This document shows, piece by piece, positions 1 to 14,312 of a stretch of 64,000 nt of DNA. The first letter of the stretch is position 1, and every line of letters begins with the position of its first letter. The position numbers and the translations under genes are program-made. This DNA comes from the human T2T-CHM13v2.0 reference genome, Homo sapiens. Where the stretch lies: assembly GCF_009914755.1 (NCBI RefSeq), contig NC_060942.1. The stretch is one strand, 5' to 3'. The notes under the pieces were generated by a model. The model saw only the letters and a list, made by a program, of their open reading frames with translations. It was not told the DNA's origin and did no database searches.

Positions 1-76
1 AGGCCCTGCACCAGCAATACCTCCTGCAGCAGCAGCTCCTGGAAGCCCAGCACCGCAGGCTGGTCTCGCACCCCAG
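1..76 (+). CDS. ARK2C: ARK2C/RNF165 coding exon, 3' part only (ALHQQYLLQQQLLEAQHRRLVSHPR)
   Basis: Frame starting at base 3 matches the recalled RNF165 protein. It ends CAG|GTTGGT at 76/77, phase 2, compatible with the next exon. Confidence 0.93.
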
Positions 77-755
77 GTTGGTGCTGCCTGGGGCGGAGGT
101 GGGGACCCGGATGGGGTCGGGTGAGGGGGCAGGGCCAGGGCGTGGGCAGGGCCAGGACGAGGGCGTGGCCCGGGTGTGGCGGAGACGGGGGCGGGGCTAC
201 AGGCTCCTAGACTCCTGGCTTCTCTCCCTGGCCTGGCCGGCAGTCACCAAGTGGGTCTCTGTAGGAAGTAGCTATTGTTTCAGAGGCATCCACTTCAGGC
301 AGTGAGCACTGTCCTGATCTGACAGGGGCTCCCTCAGAAGCCAGTGTGTGTCCCCATTGCATCACCCAGGTGCAGGGTCGGGGACGGGTAACTGGTGGTC
401 CACGATCCTCACAGTGGACTCCTGCATGGTGCGGGAGGAAATTTGACTAGGGAACTCCTCATGTCCCCTCCAGCTTTATGACTGCCTGATTCTAACACCC
501 AAGCACCCTAAAGAATACCAAAAGGAAATGGCTGGTTCCAGGAACGGCTGGTTCCCACCCTCAAGAATTCTCACCCTCAAGAGTTCTCAAGAGCCCACGG
601 TCTAGATAGAGTCCGGCTGCATATTAATAATTAGGAAACAAGCAGGGAGTGAAATTAGACAATTCTAATCAAATAGGTCTGGAGTAGTTGTGGGGCCCTG
701 GGTAAGTCACTGTGCCTCTCTGAGCCTCAACTGTCAAGAGAAAGAGTTGGATAGT

Positions 756-1258
756 CAGTGGATCTCAAACTTTTTGGTCTCAGGACTCTTTTCCACTCTT
801 ACAAATTAATGAAGACTACGAAGAGCTTCTGTTTATGTGGGTTTTGACTATTGATGTTTACCATATTAAAAATAAAAACTAAAAAGTTTTAAATATTTAT
901 TAATTGTCTTAAAAATAACAACAAATTCATGTTAACACCAATAATATATTTTTATGAAAAATAACCACTATATATAAATTTAGTGAGAAGAATGACTTTT
1001 TAAAACATATTTGCAAATCTCTTTAATGCGTGGCTTAATAGAAGGCAGCTGTGTTCTTATGTCTGCTTCTGCATTCATTCTTGCAGAATCTGTGTCATGT
1101 AGTTTCTGGAAAACCTCTCTGTTCATTTGTGACAGAATGAGAGTGAAAAGGCAAATAGCCTTATAGTATTATTAGGAAAATGGTTTTGACCTCTTGAACC
1201 ACCTGAAAGGGTTGCAGGGACTCCCAAGGATGCTCGGAGCACACTTTCAGAACTGCTG
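756..1258. mobile_element. hAT-Charlie DNA transposon fossil (Charlie4a-like)
   Basis: Termini CAGTGGATCTCAAACT...ACTTTCAGAACTGCTG are inverted repeats. About 500 bp. Confidence 0.7.
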
Positions 1259-1859
1259 GACTAGATCATCTCTAAGGCCCTAAGCATACATGACCATAGG
1301 GCTTGGGATGCTTGAGATAGAAGGTGAGCGCTGTAGGAGGTCAGAAGGAGAAGAGGTCACCATGACCTGGGATGTTCAAGGAGGCCTTCCTGGAGGAGGA
1401 AGGCTTTGACCTGTGCCATGAAAGCTGGGAAGAGTGTTGAAAAAGGGTTGAGGAGAGGAGAAGAGCATGATGGGAGTAGAGGGGTGCATAGAGCCTGTAG
1501 GAGGCGAGTCTGTGTGTCTTGAAGATGGCCCACCAAGGACAGAGGGAAGAAAGGCAAAGAGGCAGAGAGTGTGGGTGGAGCCAGGTAATCTACCACAGAC
1601 ACACCAAGGGAGAGACCTCTGCACAGCGGGCAGCCCGGAGACAGCCAGAGTTCCTGAGCTGCAGATGAACAGCAGTTCATCTGGGAAGCTTCCTTGGAGT
1701 TTGTCAAGAGTGGTGAAGCTCAGTGCTTGCTAGACTGTGGGTGCTAAGTGGGGCTGCAAGAGTGGGGCACCCTCAGGCTGCCCCGGTTTCTCAGAGCTCT
1801 TGAGAACTAGTGGCCTGGGTAGCCCCTGACACGAGGGCTCTCCATCCCTTCTGGTGCAG

Positions 1860-1967
1860 GCGGAGTCAGGAGCGTGTATCTGTCCACCCCCACCGCCTCC
1901 ATCCCAGCTTCGACTTCGGCCAGCTGCAGACACCTCAGCCCAGGTATTTGGCTGAGGGCACTGACTG
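1860..1967 (+). CDS. ARK2C: ARK2C exon (RSQERVSVHPHRLHPSFDFGQLQTPQPRYLAEGTDW)
   Basis: TGCAG acceptor ending 1859, GTGAGT donor at 1968, 108 nt, frame continuous with both neighbours. Confidence 0.95.
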
Positions 1968-4900
1968 GTGAGTCTTCAGGGCCCCTGGGGGAGGAAGGGA
2001 GGAAGGGAGGGAGGAGGGAGGTCTTGCCAGATCTGTGGAGTTTCTGTTTTCCTTCACTTTGAATGGCGCAGGAGGCCTAGTTCTCAGGCCCCAGCGTTTG
2101 CCTCTGCTCCCAGCCACCCTCTGGGCCAGATGGTCCCACGTGAGCCTGGTTCTAGCAATTAGCTCAGATATTACTGGGTGCTATTATATGCCCATCGTAG
2201 GACACAGTGTTCATGGTCCTGCAGTGGGGGAGGGGGACAGGGATAGAAAATATTTCCCAGGCTCAGTGAGGGATATGAACCAGTGGTCCCTGGGGGGAGA
2301 GCAGAAAGGAGAATTCCGAGGAACTGGGTTGTCAGGAAGGCTTTCTGGAGCAGGTGCATCTCAAGGGATCCACAGAGAAGTGCCAGGGCATGCCAGCAAG
2401 GCAGTGCTGGGTGGGGTGGCTGTGTAAACACAGGCTTACATTGCATCTTGAAGGATGGAGGCAAAGCCAGCCAGGTCAGAGGTCAGGACTGAGGAGGGGA
2501 GCTGGGGAGAGAGGTTGAGGGTGGTGTTGTTGCTGAGTCTTTGCAGATAATGGGCCCCTGAGCAATCTGCCCATAATTTCCCTCACTCAGCACAGATATC
2601 TTTGTTGTCCTGAGATGCAGGGTCGCTTGGTTTTGGATCCTGGGTCCCACCAGATTCTGGTTCTAGCTCATAAGAGAGCTGATATTAACTAGAGTTGGAT
2701 CAGAACCCTTGAAAACTTAAAAAGATGTGCAGTTCACTGAATATTCAGAGGTAAAAGGCATCATGCCTGCAGAGTTCAGGGGAAAAAAATCTATCTATCT
2801 AATCTATCATCTATCTTCACAGAGGATTGTGTGTGGGTATATATGTATGTGTGTGTGTGTGCGTGTAAGTATATACATTGTGGGGGAGAGAGAAAGGGAG
2901 ACAGAGAGAGAAGGAAATAGAAATGCAGTAAAATGGTGACATTTGGGGAATCTGGGTGAAGGGTATACAGGAATTCTTTATGCTGTTCTTGCAACTTTTA
3001 GGTCAAAAATATTTTGTTTCATTTTGTTTTGTTTTGGAGTGTAAAATAATCTATCAATGGAAAAGAATGAATTATCTTAAAGATTGATGTGCCGTTGTGT
3101 CATTTTTCAGCCACTTGTCAGGCTTAGTCCAGGGTTGCTTTGGGAGCCCTTCCCATGCACACCCAGGAATGATTCCAGAGAATAGTTCCAGTCAGTTGAA
3201 TGCTATGGGAGCTTCTAGGTGCAGGAAGTCGTGGCTTTCACATGTTCCATTTTCTTCAGTCCTTTGCTCATTCTCAGGTACACTCTCCATTAAATTGAAC
3301 AATTCCATAAAAGATAGATTGCACTACAGCCAACTTCTGCCCAGCCTTTTCCAATTAGCAGATTCAAATTAGGAAGATTTAATTGCAATTTGGATTGAAT
3401 TCTGTCCCTCAGCAGTCAAGTCAATTTCATTTAATTCAATTCAGCACACACGGAGTACTCAGGGCCCTTGCATATGGCTGAGTGATTGGAACACACACAA
3501 GGGCCTACAGGGAAGTGGGACTGAACAGGTGACATAGGTGGGACTCATCCTGGGGAGATGGCAGGAGGAGCAGCACAGGTGCTGGCCCTGTCCTCAGCTT
3601 TCTTTATAGAGCCAAACCTCCTTGTCTTTCTTAATCATTTAAACCAGTCTGCATTCCTGACCACTACCTGCCCCAAGAAACAGAAAGAAGGAGGCTCCGG
3701 GAGGCTGGTCCCTGCCCTAGCAGGGGATGCTAGGAGGCCCTGCCTAGAGGCCCGCCTGGTCCACCCTTGGGCTCTTTCTGCTTGTTTTGTTCCCACTTCC
3801 CAAGTAGGATGCTGATTCTCCTCCCTTGTAATTAGCTCTGCTCCAGCGGGGGCCAGCCTAGTGGCGCCGAGGGGTTTTGTGATTGATTGTGCTAACTGCA
3901 TCCCAGCCCTCTTTTCTAGAGAGGCTGCTTCTGCCAGGAGATAGGCAGCCTGGTAATTGGATGGCAGGAAATGCATTATAGGAAGGGCTACTCTCATCCT
4001 CTGCAAGGAGCCCTGGGGGAGTGTGTCTGTTGCATCCCCTATCCCCTTTAGAGAACCATCAGAGACCACAGACTTCTGCCCTAGGTCATTCCAGAAACTG
4101 GGCTGCAAGCCCATGTCCAGCCCAAGGTCGTCCACCCCCTGAGGTTACCCTGGCCTTTTTTCCTACTTTGGGATATCTTAACCCAACCCAAGCAGCTTCT
4201 CTCAGCTGGGAACCCTGGCCTGAGAGTGTGTGGAAGCCTTGGGGGATACATCCCAAACCCCTCTCTTTCTTGCCCATGCCTAATAACTTGATCCTGACCT
4301 TAAGCCGCAACCCAGGGCCTGAGTTCTTTTCACTCTCCTTCTTGGACTCAGTCCTGGCTTCTCAGTTCTAACTCTGCTCCCCATTGTGGACTATACCCCA
4401 CTCTGTCACAGCTGCAGCCCTGCCTAGGTGGAGGTCTCTAAGTACCTGGGACCTGTGGGCAGAGGGTGGGTGGAGGGTGAGCACCTCCGATTGTCCTTTC
4501 CCCTCCGGGCAACCTTGCCTCAGCAAAGCTCCCAAAGCTCCCTGAGCCTGGAGTCACCCATAGGATGGTGCTGGCACTCGTAGGGCCAGATTCTGGGAAG
4601 AACTTAGGGTCTGTACAGCAACCAGACCACACCATGTTCAAGAACATTAAAAGTGGAAAATAAAGTTCAGCGTGATGTTTAGATACAAAGGCCAAAAATG
4701 ACACATTGGCACAAGAAATCTCCAAAACACAGTTCTGGGTTAACCCTGTGGCTTTAGGTCTGTGGGATATTCCTGAGACCCCTTTAGACACTTAGCAAGT
4801 TCTTACAGGCTGGTGGCAACAGCAAAGGCTGGAGACACTGCTGCCTTAGGGGCTAATTTCTCTTTGAGTCAGGTCCTGGTCAGACTTCTTTAGGGTTCGA

Positions 4901-6388
4901 GGAACCACATCCCCTGTTGGGGTAGCCCAGATCCATCATGAGAGCCCACCCAGGCCCACCTAGGGCAGACCATCCCACCCATTTGAGGGACAAGGTGCCT
5001 CTTGCTTTTCCAGTTAGCATTCTTAGGATTGGGATGACTCTGTTCCAAGTTCCTTGGGACTTTGCTTTGGTAGAATTCCTTGAACATTTGTTTTGAATTT
5101 GTTAGGCTCCCTGAGACTTCTGGGTAAATGCTGAAAATCAGAGATTCTGCCATGTGAGGCAGTGCAATGGATTGAGCCCAGGCAAGGGTGTGAAACCCTG
5201 ATGGTCCCAACTGGACAGCCAAGGTCCATGAATAAGGCACTGTCCTTCTGCAGGCCTCAGATGCACCTGTGAATATGAGGGGCTGACCTAGTGGATTTCT
5301 AAGTTTGCATCCAACTGGCTCCAAGAGTTTAGTTCATTTCCCAAGTGACAGGCTCATCATGAGCTGTTCCAGGGATTCGGGCTGATAATGGCTTTTTGCA
5401 TCTGTGTAGTGCTCTACAAAGAGTTTTCACCTGCATTTTCTCATTTGATGCTCCAACATTACCATGAGGAGCTACTGTTATCATCATCTTAGAGATGAGG
5501 CTCAAAGAAGTGAATTAGCTAGAGAGGGTCTCACAGCTAAGAAGGGATGGACTTGGGACAAGGACCTGGGTCTTCTGACAGCTGCTGCTGTTCAGGCTGT
5601 GGTGTGCATGGAGTCTGTGAGAGTGACTGGCAGTCCTTCCTGCCCGTAGCAGCTGGACCTGGGCTGTGCAAAGAGGAGGATGGGGCCAGATGCCAGGGAC
5701 CATCAGAGACCATCAGAGAGCTCCTGCCAACTCTCCAGGGCTCATACTCTCATGAGCGTAACCCAGGTAACAGGGATCAGACTCCCCTGAAGGCTGATGG
5801 CTTTGTTGGGTTTTTCCCTCAGAAAGATCTCAGATGACATTGCAGGGCAATGCGTAGCCAAACCCAGGCCATGTGGGATCCAGGCTCAGTAGCAGCAGGC
5901 ACAGTGGGAGCATAGGAAGTTAGTGATCAGGGCCTGCTCACAGCAAGATGAGGAGGGGAAGTCTCAGAGTCCCATGCCTCCTGCCATCTCGCTCCTGTAG
6001 GATCTGAGGTTGAACCTTCTGAGGCCCTGGCATTCCTCTCAAGGGTGCTTTTAGGGCCTAGCTGCACTTTCCCAAAGGGAAGCTGTGTCCTAATTACCAG
6101 GGACCACTTCAATGTACACAGCACACTGCAAGAAACGACTGCTTGCAGCATATTTTCTCTAATAAATGCCACAAGTTTCCATGCATGCTTTTGGTATTTC
6201 TGAAGTTGGTGCCCATAGAGGTAAAACTTGGAGATAGTGGATGTTACCTTGGCACAATAGATAAACTTTTTTATTAAAAAAACCCTTTTTATTATAGAAA
6301 ATATCAAACAATAAAAAAATAAGAGAATAGTATAATGAATTCACACATATATGTTATCCAGCTATGACATCAACTCATGGCCAGTTTT

Positions 6389-6697
6389 GTTTTTGTTTTG
6401 TTTGTGTGTTTGTTTTTTTGAGACGGAGTCTCGCTCTGTCGCCAGGCTGGAATGAAGTGGCACGATCTTGGTTCACTGTAAACTCTGCTTCCCAGGTTCA
6501 AGCGATTCTCCTGCCTCAGCCTCCTGAGTAGCTGGGACTACAGGCGCACACCCTACACCCAGCTAATTTTTGTATTTTTAATAGAGACAGGGTTTCACCA
6601 TGTTGGCCAGGATGGTCTCGATCTCTTGACCTCGTGATATACCCGCCTCGGACTCTCAAAGTGCTGGGATTACAGGCGTGAGCCACCACGCCCAGAT
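6389..6697 (-). mobile_element. AluS with 15-bp TSD CTCATGGCCAGTTTT (6374-6388 / 6698-6712)
   Basis: Alu consensus in reverse, perfect TSD. Confidence 0.95.
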
Positions 6698-6751
6698 CTC
6701 ATGGCCAGTTTTACTCATCTTTGTTCTCTCGCTTCCCCGGTCCTGATATTA

Positions 6752-7093
6752 CAGTAGTCTCCATTACCTGTGGTTTCGCTTTCCAGGGTTTCAGTTACCC
6801 ATGTAAACCACGGTCTGAAGATATTACAGCATTTTGAGAGACTGAGAGAGAGAGAGAGAGAGAGAGACCATATTCACATAACATTTTTTGCAGTATATTG
6901 TTATAATTGTTCTATTTTGTTATTGGTTATTGTTAGCCTCTTACTGTGCCTAATTTATAAATTAAGCTTTATCATTGGTGTGAATATACAGTATAGGAAG
7001 AAACATAGTATATATAGGATTCCTTATTATTCACAGTTTCAGGCAGCCACTGGTGTCCTGGAACATATCCCTCACAGAAAAGGAGAAACTAGT
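6752..7093 (+). mobile_element. TcMar-Tigger MITE (MER44-like) with internal (GA)n
   Basis: CAGTAGTC...GGTTTCGCTTTCC...GTTTCAGTTACC start and GGAACATATCCC end, TA flanks. Confidence 0.75.
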
Positions 7094-7560
7094 ATATTTG
7101 GAAACAAATCCAGGCATCATATTATTTCATCTGTAAATATTTCACTATGTATCTCGAGAGATAATGATTCTGCTTTTTCACATCCTTACTTTGATACCAC
7201 TATTAACACAAAGAAATTTAATAATAATTTTTACTATAATCAAATATCTAGCCAGTATTAAAATTTCTGTTATACTTTGTATCAATCAAGATCCGAATAA
7301 GTTTTACACATTGTGATTGGTTGATATGTCACATAAGTCTCATTTAATCTACATGTTCCTGGATTCAAATTGCTAAAATTTTGTTAAGTAATTTTTACAT
7401 CTTTGTTCATGAGTAATATTGGTTTATAGGGTTTTTTTTTTCCTTGAAATGCCTTTGTCTGATTTTTATATCAGTGCACTGCTTGCCTCATTGAATGGTT
7501 TGGGAAGTCTTTCCTCATCTACTTTCTGGAAGAGGTTGTGTAGGATTGGCATTATTATTT

Positions 7561-7955
7561 TTAATTAATTAATTAATTTTTAGATACAGGGTCTTGCTCT
7601 GTCACCCAGGCTGGAGTGCACCTTGGCTCACTGCAGCCTCGATCTCCTGGGCTCAAGTGATCCTCCTGCCTCAGCCTCCCAAGTAGCTGGGACTACAGGT
7701 GTGCACCACTGTGCCCAGCTAACTTTTTGTTTTTTAAATTTTTGTAGAGACAGAGTCTTGCTATGTTGCCTAGGCTGATCCTCTACTTCTGTGCTCAAGC
7801 AATCCTCCCACCTCACCTCCCAAAGTGCTGGGATTACAGGTGTGAGCCACTGTGCCCAGACGCAGGCTGGTCTTACATGCCTAGGCCCAAATGATTCTCC
7901 TGCCTTAGCTTCCCATGTAGCTGGGATTACAGGTGTGTGCCACTGCATCTGGTAA
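7561..7955 (-). mobile_element. AluJ plus additional Alu fragment
   Basis: Reverse Alu consensus with an extra monomer piece. Confidence 0.9.
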
Positions 7956-8176
7956 TTTTGGTAGTTTGTCTTTCAATAAATTTTCTCATTTAATTGGATG
8001 TACTGGCATAAGGCTATTCATAATATTTTCTTATCATTTTAACATCTGGAATCTGTAATAAAGCTCCCTCTTTCATTCCTCATATGAGTAATTTGTATGT
8101 TCTCTCTTTCATTCTTGATCAATCTAGATAGAAATTTAATCATTTGTACTACTCTTTAGAAAATAGCCTTTGATCA

Positions 8177-8780
<604 letters not shown>

Positions 8781-10097
8781 TCACTGATTTATTTCACTGA
8801 TTTCTGATCTTGATTTTATTATTTCCTCCCTTCTACTTATTTGGGCTCTAGCTTCTTAAGGCGGAAATTTAGATCATGACTTTGGGTTTTCTTTTCTAAT
8901 ATAAGCATATAAAACTGAATTTTTCTTTAAGGACTACAAACTTTCTAGTTAGCATTATGAATTCTTTTTGACCCTGGGTAATTTAGAAGTTTATTGTTTA
9001 ATTTTTGAAAACTTGGGATTTTGCAGACTTTTCTTGTTGTTGATTTCTAATTTAATACCAGTGTGATCAGAAACCATACTCTGTGTAATTCTAATCCTTT
9101 TATATTTATTGAGACTTGTTTTATGGTCCAGCATTTATACTATCTTAGTAAATGTTCTATAAGTATTTTTAAAAAGTGTATATTCTACTCTTATTGGATA
9201 GAGTATTCTATAAATGTCTCTTAGATCAAGTTAGTCGACAGTATTGTTCAGGTCTTTTATATTCTTACTGATTTTTTTTCATGAATTATTCCATGAATTA
9301 TAAAGGAGGGTGGATGTCTAGAACTCTACTTATGAATTTGTTTTCTTTCAGTTCTGTCAGTTTTTGCTTCACTTATTTTGACTTATATATATTAGGATAT
9401 TAAAAGGATTGTCATTTTTCAAGATGAATTGACCCCTTTATCATTATGAAACATCCTTCCTTATCCTTGGTAATATCCCTTGGTTCAAAGTCTACCTTGT
9501 CTGATGTTAACATAGCCATTCCAGCTTTCTTCCAGTTAGCACTTACGGGGTATATCTCTTTCCTCCTTTTACTTGTAACCTAGTATCTACATATTTATAT
9601 CTTGAATGGACAGCATATACTTGGCAATTGTTTTGCAGTTGACAATCTCTGTCTGTTAATTGGGGTGTCTAGACCATTTGCATTTAATGCAATTGTCTAC
9701 ATGGTTGGAATTAAATCTGCCATCTTGCTCTTTCTTTTCTCTTTCTTCCATCTGTTTTGTTGTTGTTGTCATTTTGTTGTTTTTCTTTTAAAATTTGTGT
9801 CTGTTTTTTGCCTTCTTTTGGATCAGTTGAGAATTTTTAGTATTAAATATTGGTTTAATAGTCATACCACTTTATTTTATCTTATTTTATTTTGGGAATT
9901 CACTAGGTTTACAATATTCCTATTTAGCATATCACACTCTACCCTAAAATAGAATTATACCATTTTGTGTGTAATGCAAAACTCTTACAACAGCATACTT
10001 CCATTACCCCTTTGCATCCTTTGCTACTTCTTTTGTAGGTTTTATCTCTATGTATGTACAATTACCAAAATACATTGTTATCATTTTTGCTTTAAAC

Positions 10098-10322
10098 CAG
10101 TGGTTGGCAAATTATGGCCTGTGAATCAAATCTTGCCTGCTCTCTGTTCTTGTAAATAAAGTTTTATTGGAACATAGACACATCTATTTGTTCACCTATT
10201 GTTTATGGCTGCTTTTACACCTCAGTGGACACTTGAGTAGCTGTGACAGAGACTGTACGGCTTTTGAAGCCCCAAACAATTACTATTTATGATCCTTTAC
10301 AGAAGAAGTTTGCCAATCTCTG
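10098..10322. mobile_element. MER58A-like hAT MITE with 8-bp TSD CTTTAAAC
   Basis: TIRs CAGTGGTTGGCAAA / TTTGCCAATCTCTG. TSD at 10090-10097 and 10323-10330. Confidence 0.85.
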
Positions 10323-11029
10323 CTTTAAACAGTCAACCTTTAAAGACAATTTTTCATAGGAAAAATAATTTTTTATATGTCCCACATGATTATCATTTCT
10401 GGCACTCTTTATTCCTTTGTAGAGAGCTAAGTTTCTGTCTGGTGTTATTTTTCTTTAGTTTGAAGAACTTTTTAAAACACTTCTTGTAGTAACAGTCTCC
10501 TAGCAGTGCACTCTCTCAACTTTTTGAAAAAGTCTTTATTTCACTGTCATTTAAAAATATATTTTTTCTAGGTATATATTTCTATATATTTCTAAGTTTA
10601 CAGTTTTTTTTCCCTTCAGCAGTGCATAGGTGCCATTCCTTTGTCTTCTGGCTTGCTTTGTTGTTGATGGGAAATCTATGATTGTTCTTACCTACATTCT
10701 TCTATGTTGAATGGGTCTTTTGTTCTTTCACTATTTTTAAGATCCTGTCTTTATTACTATTTTTCAGGAATTAGATTATTATGTCCCTTGGAGTGGTTTT
10801 CTTTGTGTTATCCTGCTTAAAGTTTATCGAACTTTTTGGATCTGTGAATTTATAGTTTTTATTAAATTTGGAAATATTTCAGCCATTTTTTCCCTAAAAT
10901 ATTTTTTCTGTCATCTACCTTCCATCCCCTCTTTTTGGGTCTTTACTTACCCATGTGGCTGACTGCTTGATATTTTTACTGAGACTCTGTTAATTTTTTA
11001 GTCTTTTTCTGATGGTGTGCTTCATTTTG

Positions 11030-11334
11030 GATTATTATTATTATTATTCAGGATTTCATTCTGTCACCTAGGCAGAAGTGCAGTGGTGGCATCACAGCTC
11101 ATTGTAGCCTCAACTTCCTGGGCTCAAGTGATCCTTCAACCTCAGCCTCCTGAGTAGCTTGGACCAGAGGACACACCACCATACCCAACTAATTTAAACA
11201 TTTTTTTTTTTTTTTGTAGACGTGATATCCCACTATGTTTTCTGGGCTAGCCTCAAACTTCTGGACTAAAATGATCCTCCTGCCTTGGCCTCCCAAAATG
11301 CTGGGATTAGAGGCATGAGCCACTGTGCCTGGCT
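11030..11334 (-). mobile_element. AluJ
   Basis: Diverged reverse Alu with (ATT)n tail. Confidence 0.9.
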
Positions 11335-12930
11335 CATTTTGGATTATTTTTATTGTTGTGTCTTAAAGTCACTAATCTTTTCTTTTGTAGTATCTAATTT
11401 ACTGTTACTCTAACCCAGTGAATTTCCTATTTCAGACATTGCATTTTTCATCTCTAGAAGTTCCATTGGCATCATTAAAATATCTCCTCTTCTATATATT
11501 TTACTCTTCTCTGTTTTCATGTTTTCTTTTGTATATTTGAATATGATTATAATAGCTATTTTAGCATCCTTGTTATTTCTGTTTCCTAGTTGTTTCCATG
11601 GATCGATTTTTCACCTGATTCTGGGACATATTATCATTTTTTTGGCATATCTAGTAATTTTTTATTGAATGATGAACATCATTTATGAATAATTGTGGAT
11701 TATACACTGTTAAGTAGTTACGTTTGTTTTATTCATTTAGAGAGTGTTAGGCTTCGTTCTGGTAAGGAGCACTTGCAGTTCAGTTTCATCCTTTTAAGGC
11801 TTGCTTTTAGGTCTTCTTCCAGCAGGACTAGAATATCCCTAGAGTAGAGACTACTCTAGATCTTCCCGAATAAGACTCATAAATAAGTCTCAAAAGGCTC
11901 TTCTGGGGTCTCTATTGTATGACCAAGGACTCTCTGCTCTGGCTGACTGGAATATGAATCTTTCCCAGCACTGTCTAATCTCTGGGAACCCACTATACCT
12001 TGGATGCTCTTTGTTCAACCTACTAAAATTTCACCCCATGTATGCAGATCTTAGTATTCAGTAAAGACTCAAGGGAATCTCCGTGCAGATTTCTGGAGCC
12101 CTCCTTCTATGTAGCTGCCTCTTCTCTCCAAATCATGGTACCACAACTTTCAGAGACCTCAGCCTCCTGGAAATAAGATCTCTGAATCCTCAAATCATTA
12201 AGATCGTCATGCTCTGCTTAGTTCTCTCCCTGCTCATGGTCTGGAATGTGCCTTCATGCAAAAAACTAGGGAGGTTGCAGGGCTCACCTCATGTGTTGTC
12301 CTTCTGTTGATAACAGTCTGCATTGCTTGTTATATAACGTCTGAAAACAGAGATTTCATATATTCTGTTCAGCTTTCTAGTGGTTTAAAGTGGAAAGGTA
12401 AACTTAACTCCTGTTAAACTATCACCAGTAGAAGCGGAAATTCCTTTAATACTTCTCCATATCCTTTTTTTTTTTCTCCAATGTATTTGTTGAAGAATCC
12501 AGGCTGTTTTTCCTGTAGTTTCCCCTTACCTGGATTTTACTGGTTGCATTCTTGTGTTGTCACTTAAGATGTTCCTTAGTTTCTTGTATTCTCTGGACCT
12601 TGGCACCAAGATTAAGGCTTGAGTAGATTCAGGTTCAACTCTTATTTCTTGGCATAAATACTTCATAGGTGATATTGTATTCTTCCACCAGAGAGCACTA
12701 CTGTCTGGTTGTTGCTTCTTTTGTGATGTTAGCAACAATCAATGATCTTTGCTTAGATCCTTTATTTCTTTAGGGGAAGCAAAATGATGACAAAAATTCA
12801 AGAAAAATTCAATCATCCCTTATTCATTTATTAGCTGAAAAACTTTTACAAAGAGAAATTTCCACTCATCAAATATTTGATTACCTGGAAATACAGTAAG
12901 AAAAGAAAGGCTCTTTTCATTTATTTACTA

Positions 12931-13348
<418 letters not shown>

Positions 13349-14123
13349 CTAAACAATTTTTATTTATTTCCATCCCTCCTGCAGTTATTCTTGTCAACCT
13401 GCACATTGTCCTAACTCTGGCCAGTGGGAGCCTCTTCAGGACTGCTTCTGAGCCCTTTTGCTGTCACCCTAATAGTGTTTTGATAGTTCTCTTGTTTCTA
13501 GTTATGACAAGATGTTTCCATCTTATCTTGCTCATTTTCTCTCCAGATCTGAAATTGGCCATTTTCCAAATTAGCCATTGGTTCATCCTCAGTGCAATTC
13601 ATCAATTAATTAGTTTTTAAGCAAAATGAATTTTTCTATATTTTTAGGAGTGGGTTGCGGTGGGCCAGGATAAGCTGTCTGGCCTGTAGGTCTAGGTGTA
13701 GAGTTCTCTCTCTTTGTTTTCTCAAAGTGGTAAAAATATAGCCTCAGCTCCCTCCTCCACTTTTATCTGAACCTTGTCTTTCCATTACTCGGTGCCTCTG
13801 GCTTGCTCGATTTAGATTCTTCTTTCAGCATTTCTCTCAGGGATGGACTTTGTCTTGGGAGGGAGCTTTGGTCCCCTAGTTTAAAGAAATTTCATAGAGC
13901 CTGGATTGCTCTAGCTCCTTCAGACCTTTCAGAGTCCTTTCCTTCTCTGAGTCTCTGTTTCCTTCCCTCTGAAGAGAGAGGAAAGGCTGGGAGATGTAAA
14001 GTTCCTTGCAGCTCTGGCAGGGTGTCACTCCAATTCTACTCCATAGGCTTGATGTCTGAGGTCCCTTCTCTAACCTGGCTAAATCACACCACCCTATGGT
14101 TCACTGAGGCTGTTTCCCTGCAG

Positions 14124-14253
14124 GGATCTCAGTGTGGATGCTGGCTTGAGTCCTGCTCAGTTCCAGGTGCGGCCCATCCCTCAGCACTATCAGCATTACC
14201 TAGCCACTCCTCGAATGCACCACTTTCCCAGAAACTCCTCCTCCACACAGATG
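14124..14253 (+). CDS. ARK2C: ARK2C exon (DLSVDAGLSPAQFQVRPIPQHYQHYLATPRMHHFPRNSSSTQM)
   Basis: TTTCCCTGCAG acceptor, GTAAGT donor at 14254, 130 nt. Overlaps ORF 14134..14595. Confidence 0.96.
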
Positions 14254-14312
14254 GTAAGTGAAAGAAGACGGACTCCCTTGCGCCTATTGAGTGCCAGTGG
14301 TGGTCTGAGGCC

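Noticed and set aside
14164-14172. CAG|GTGCGG possible internal donor in an ARK2C exon
   Set aside because: Competes with a consensus GTAAGT donor and has no supporting evidence.
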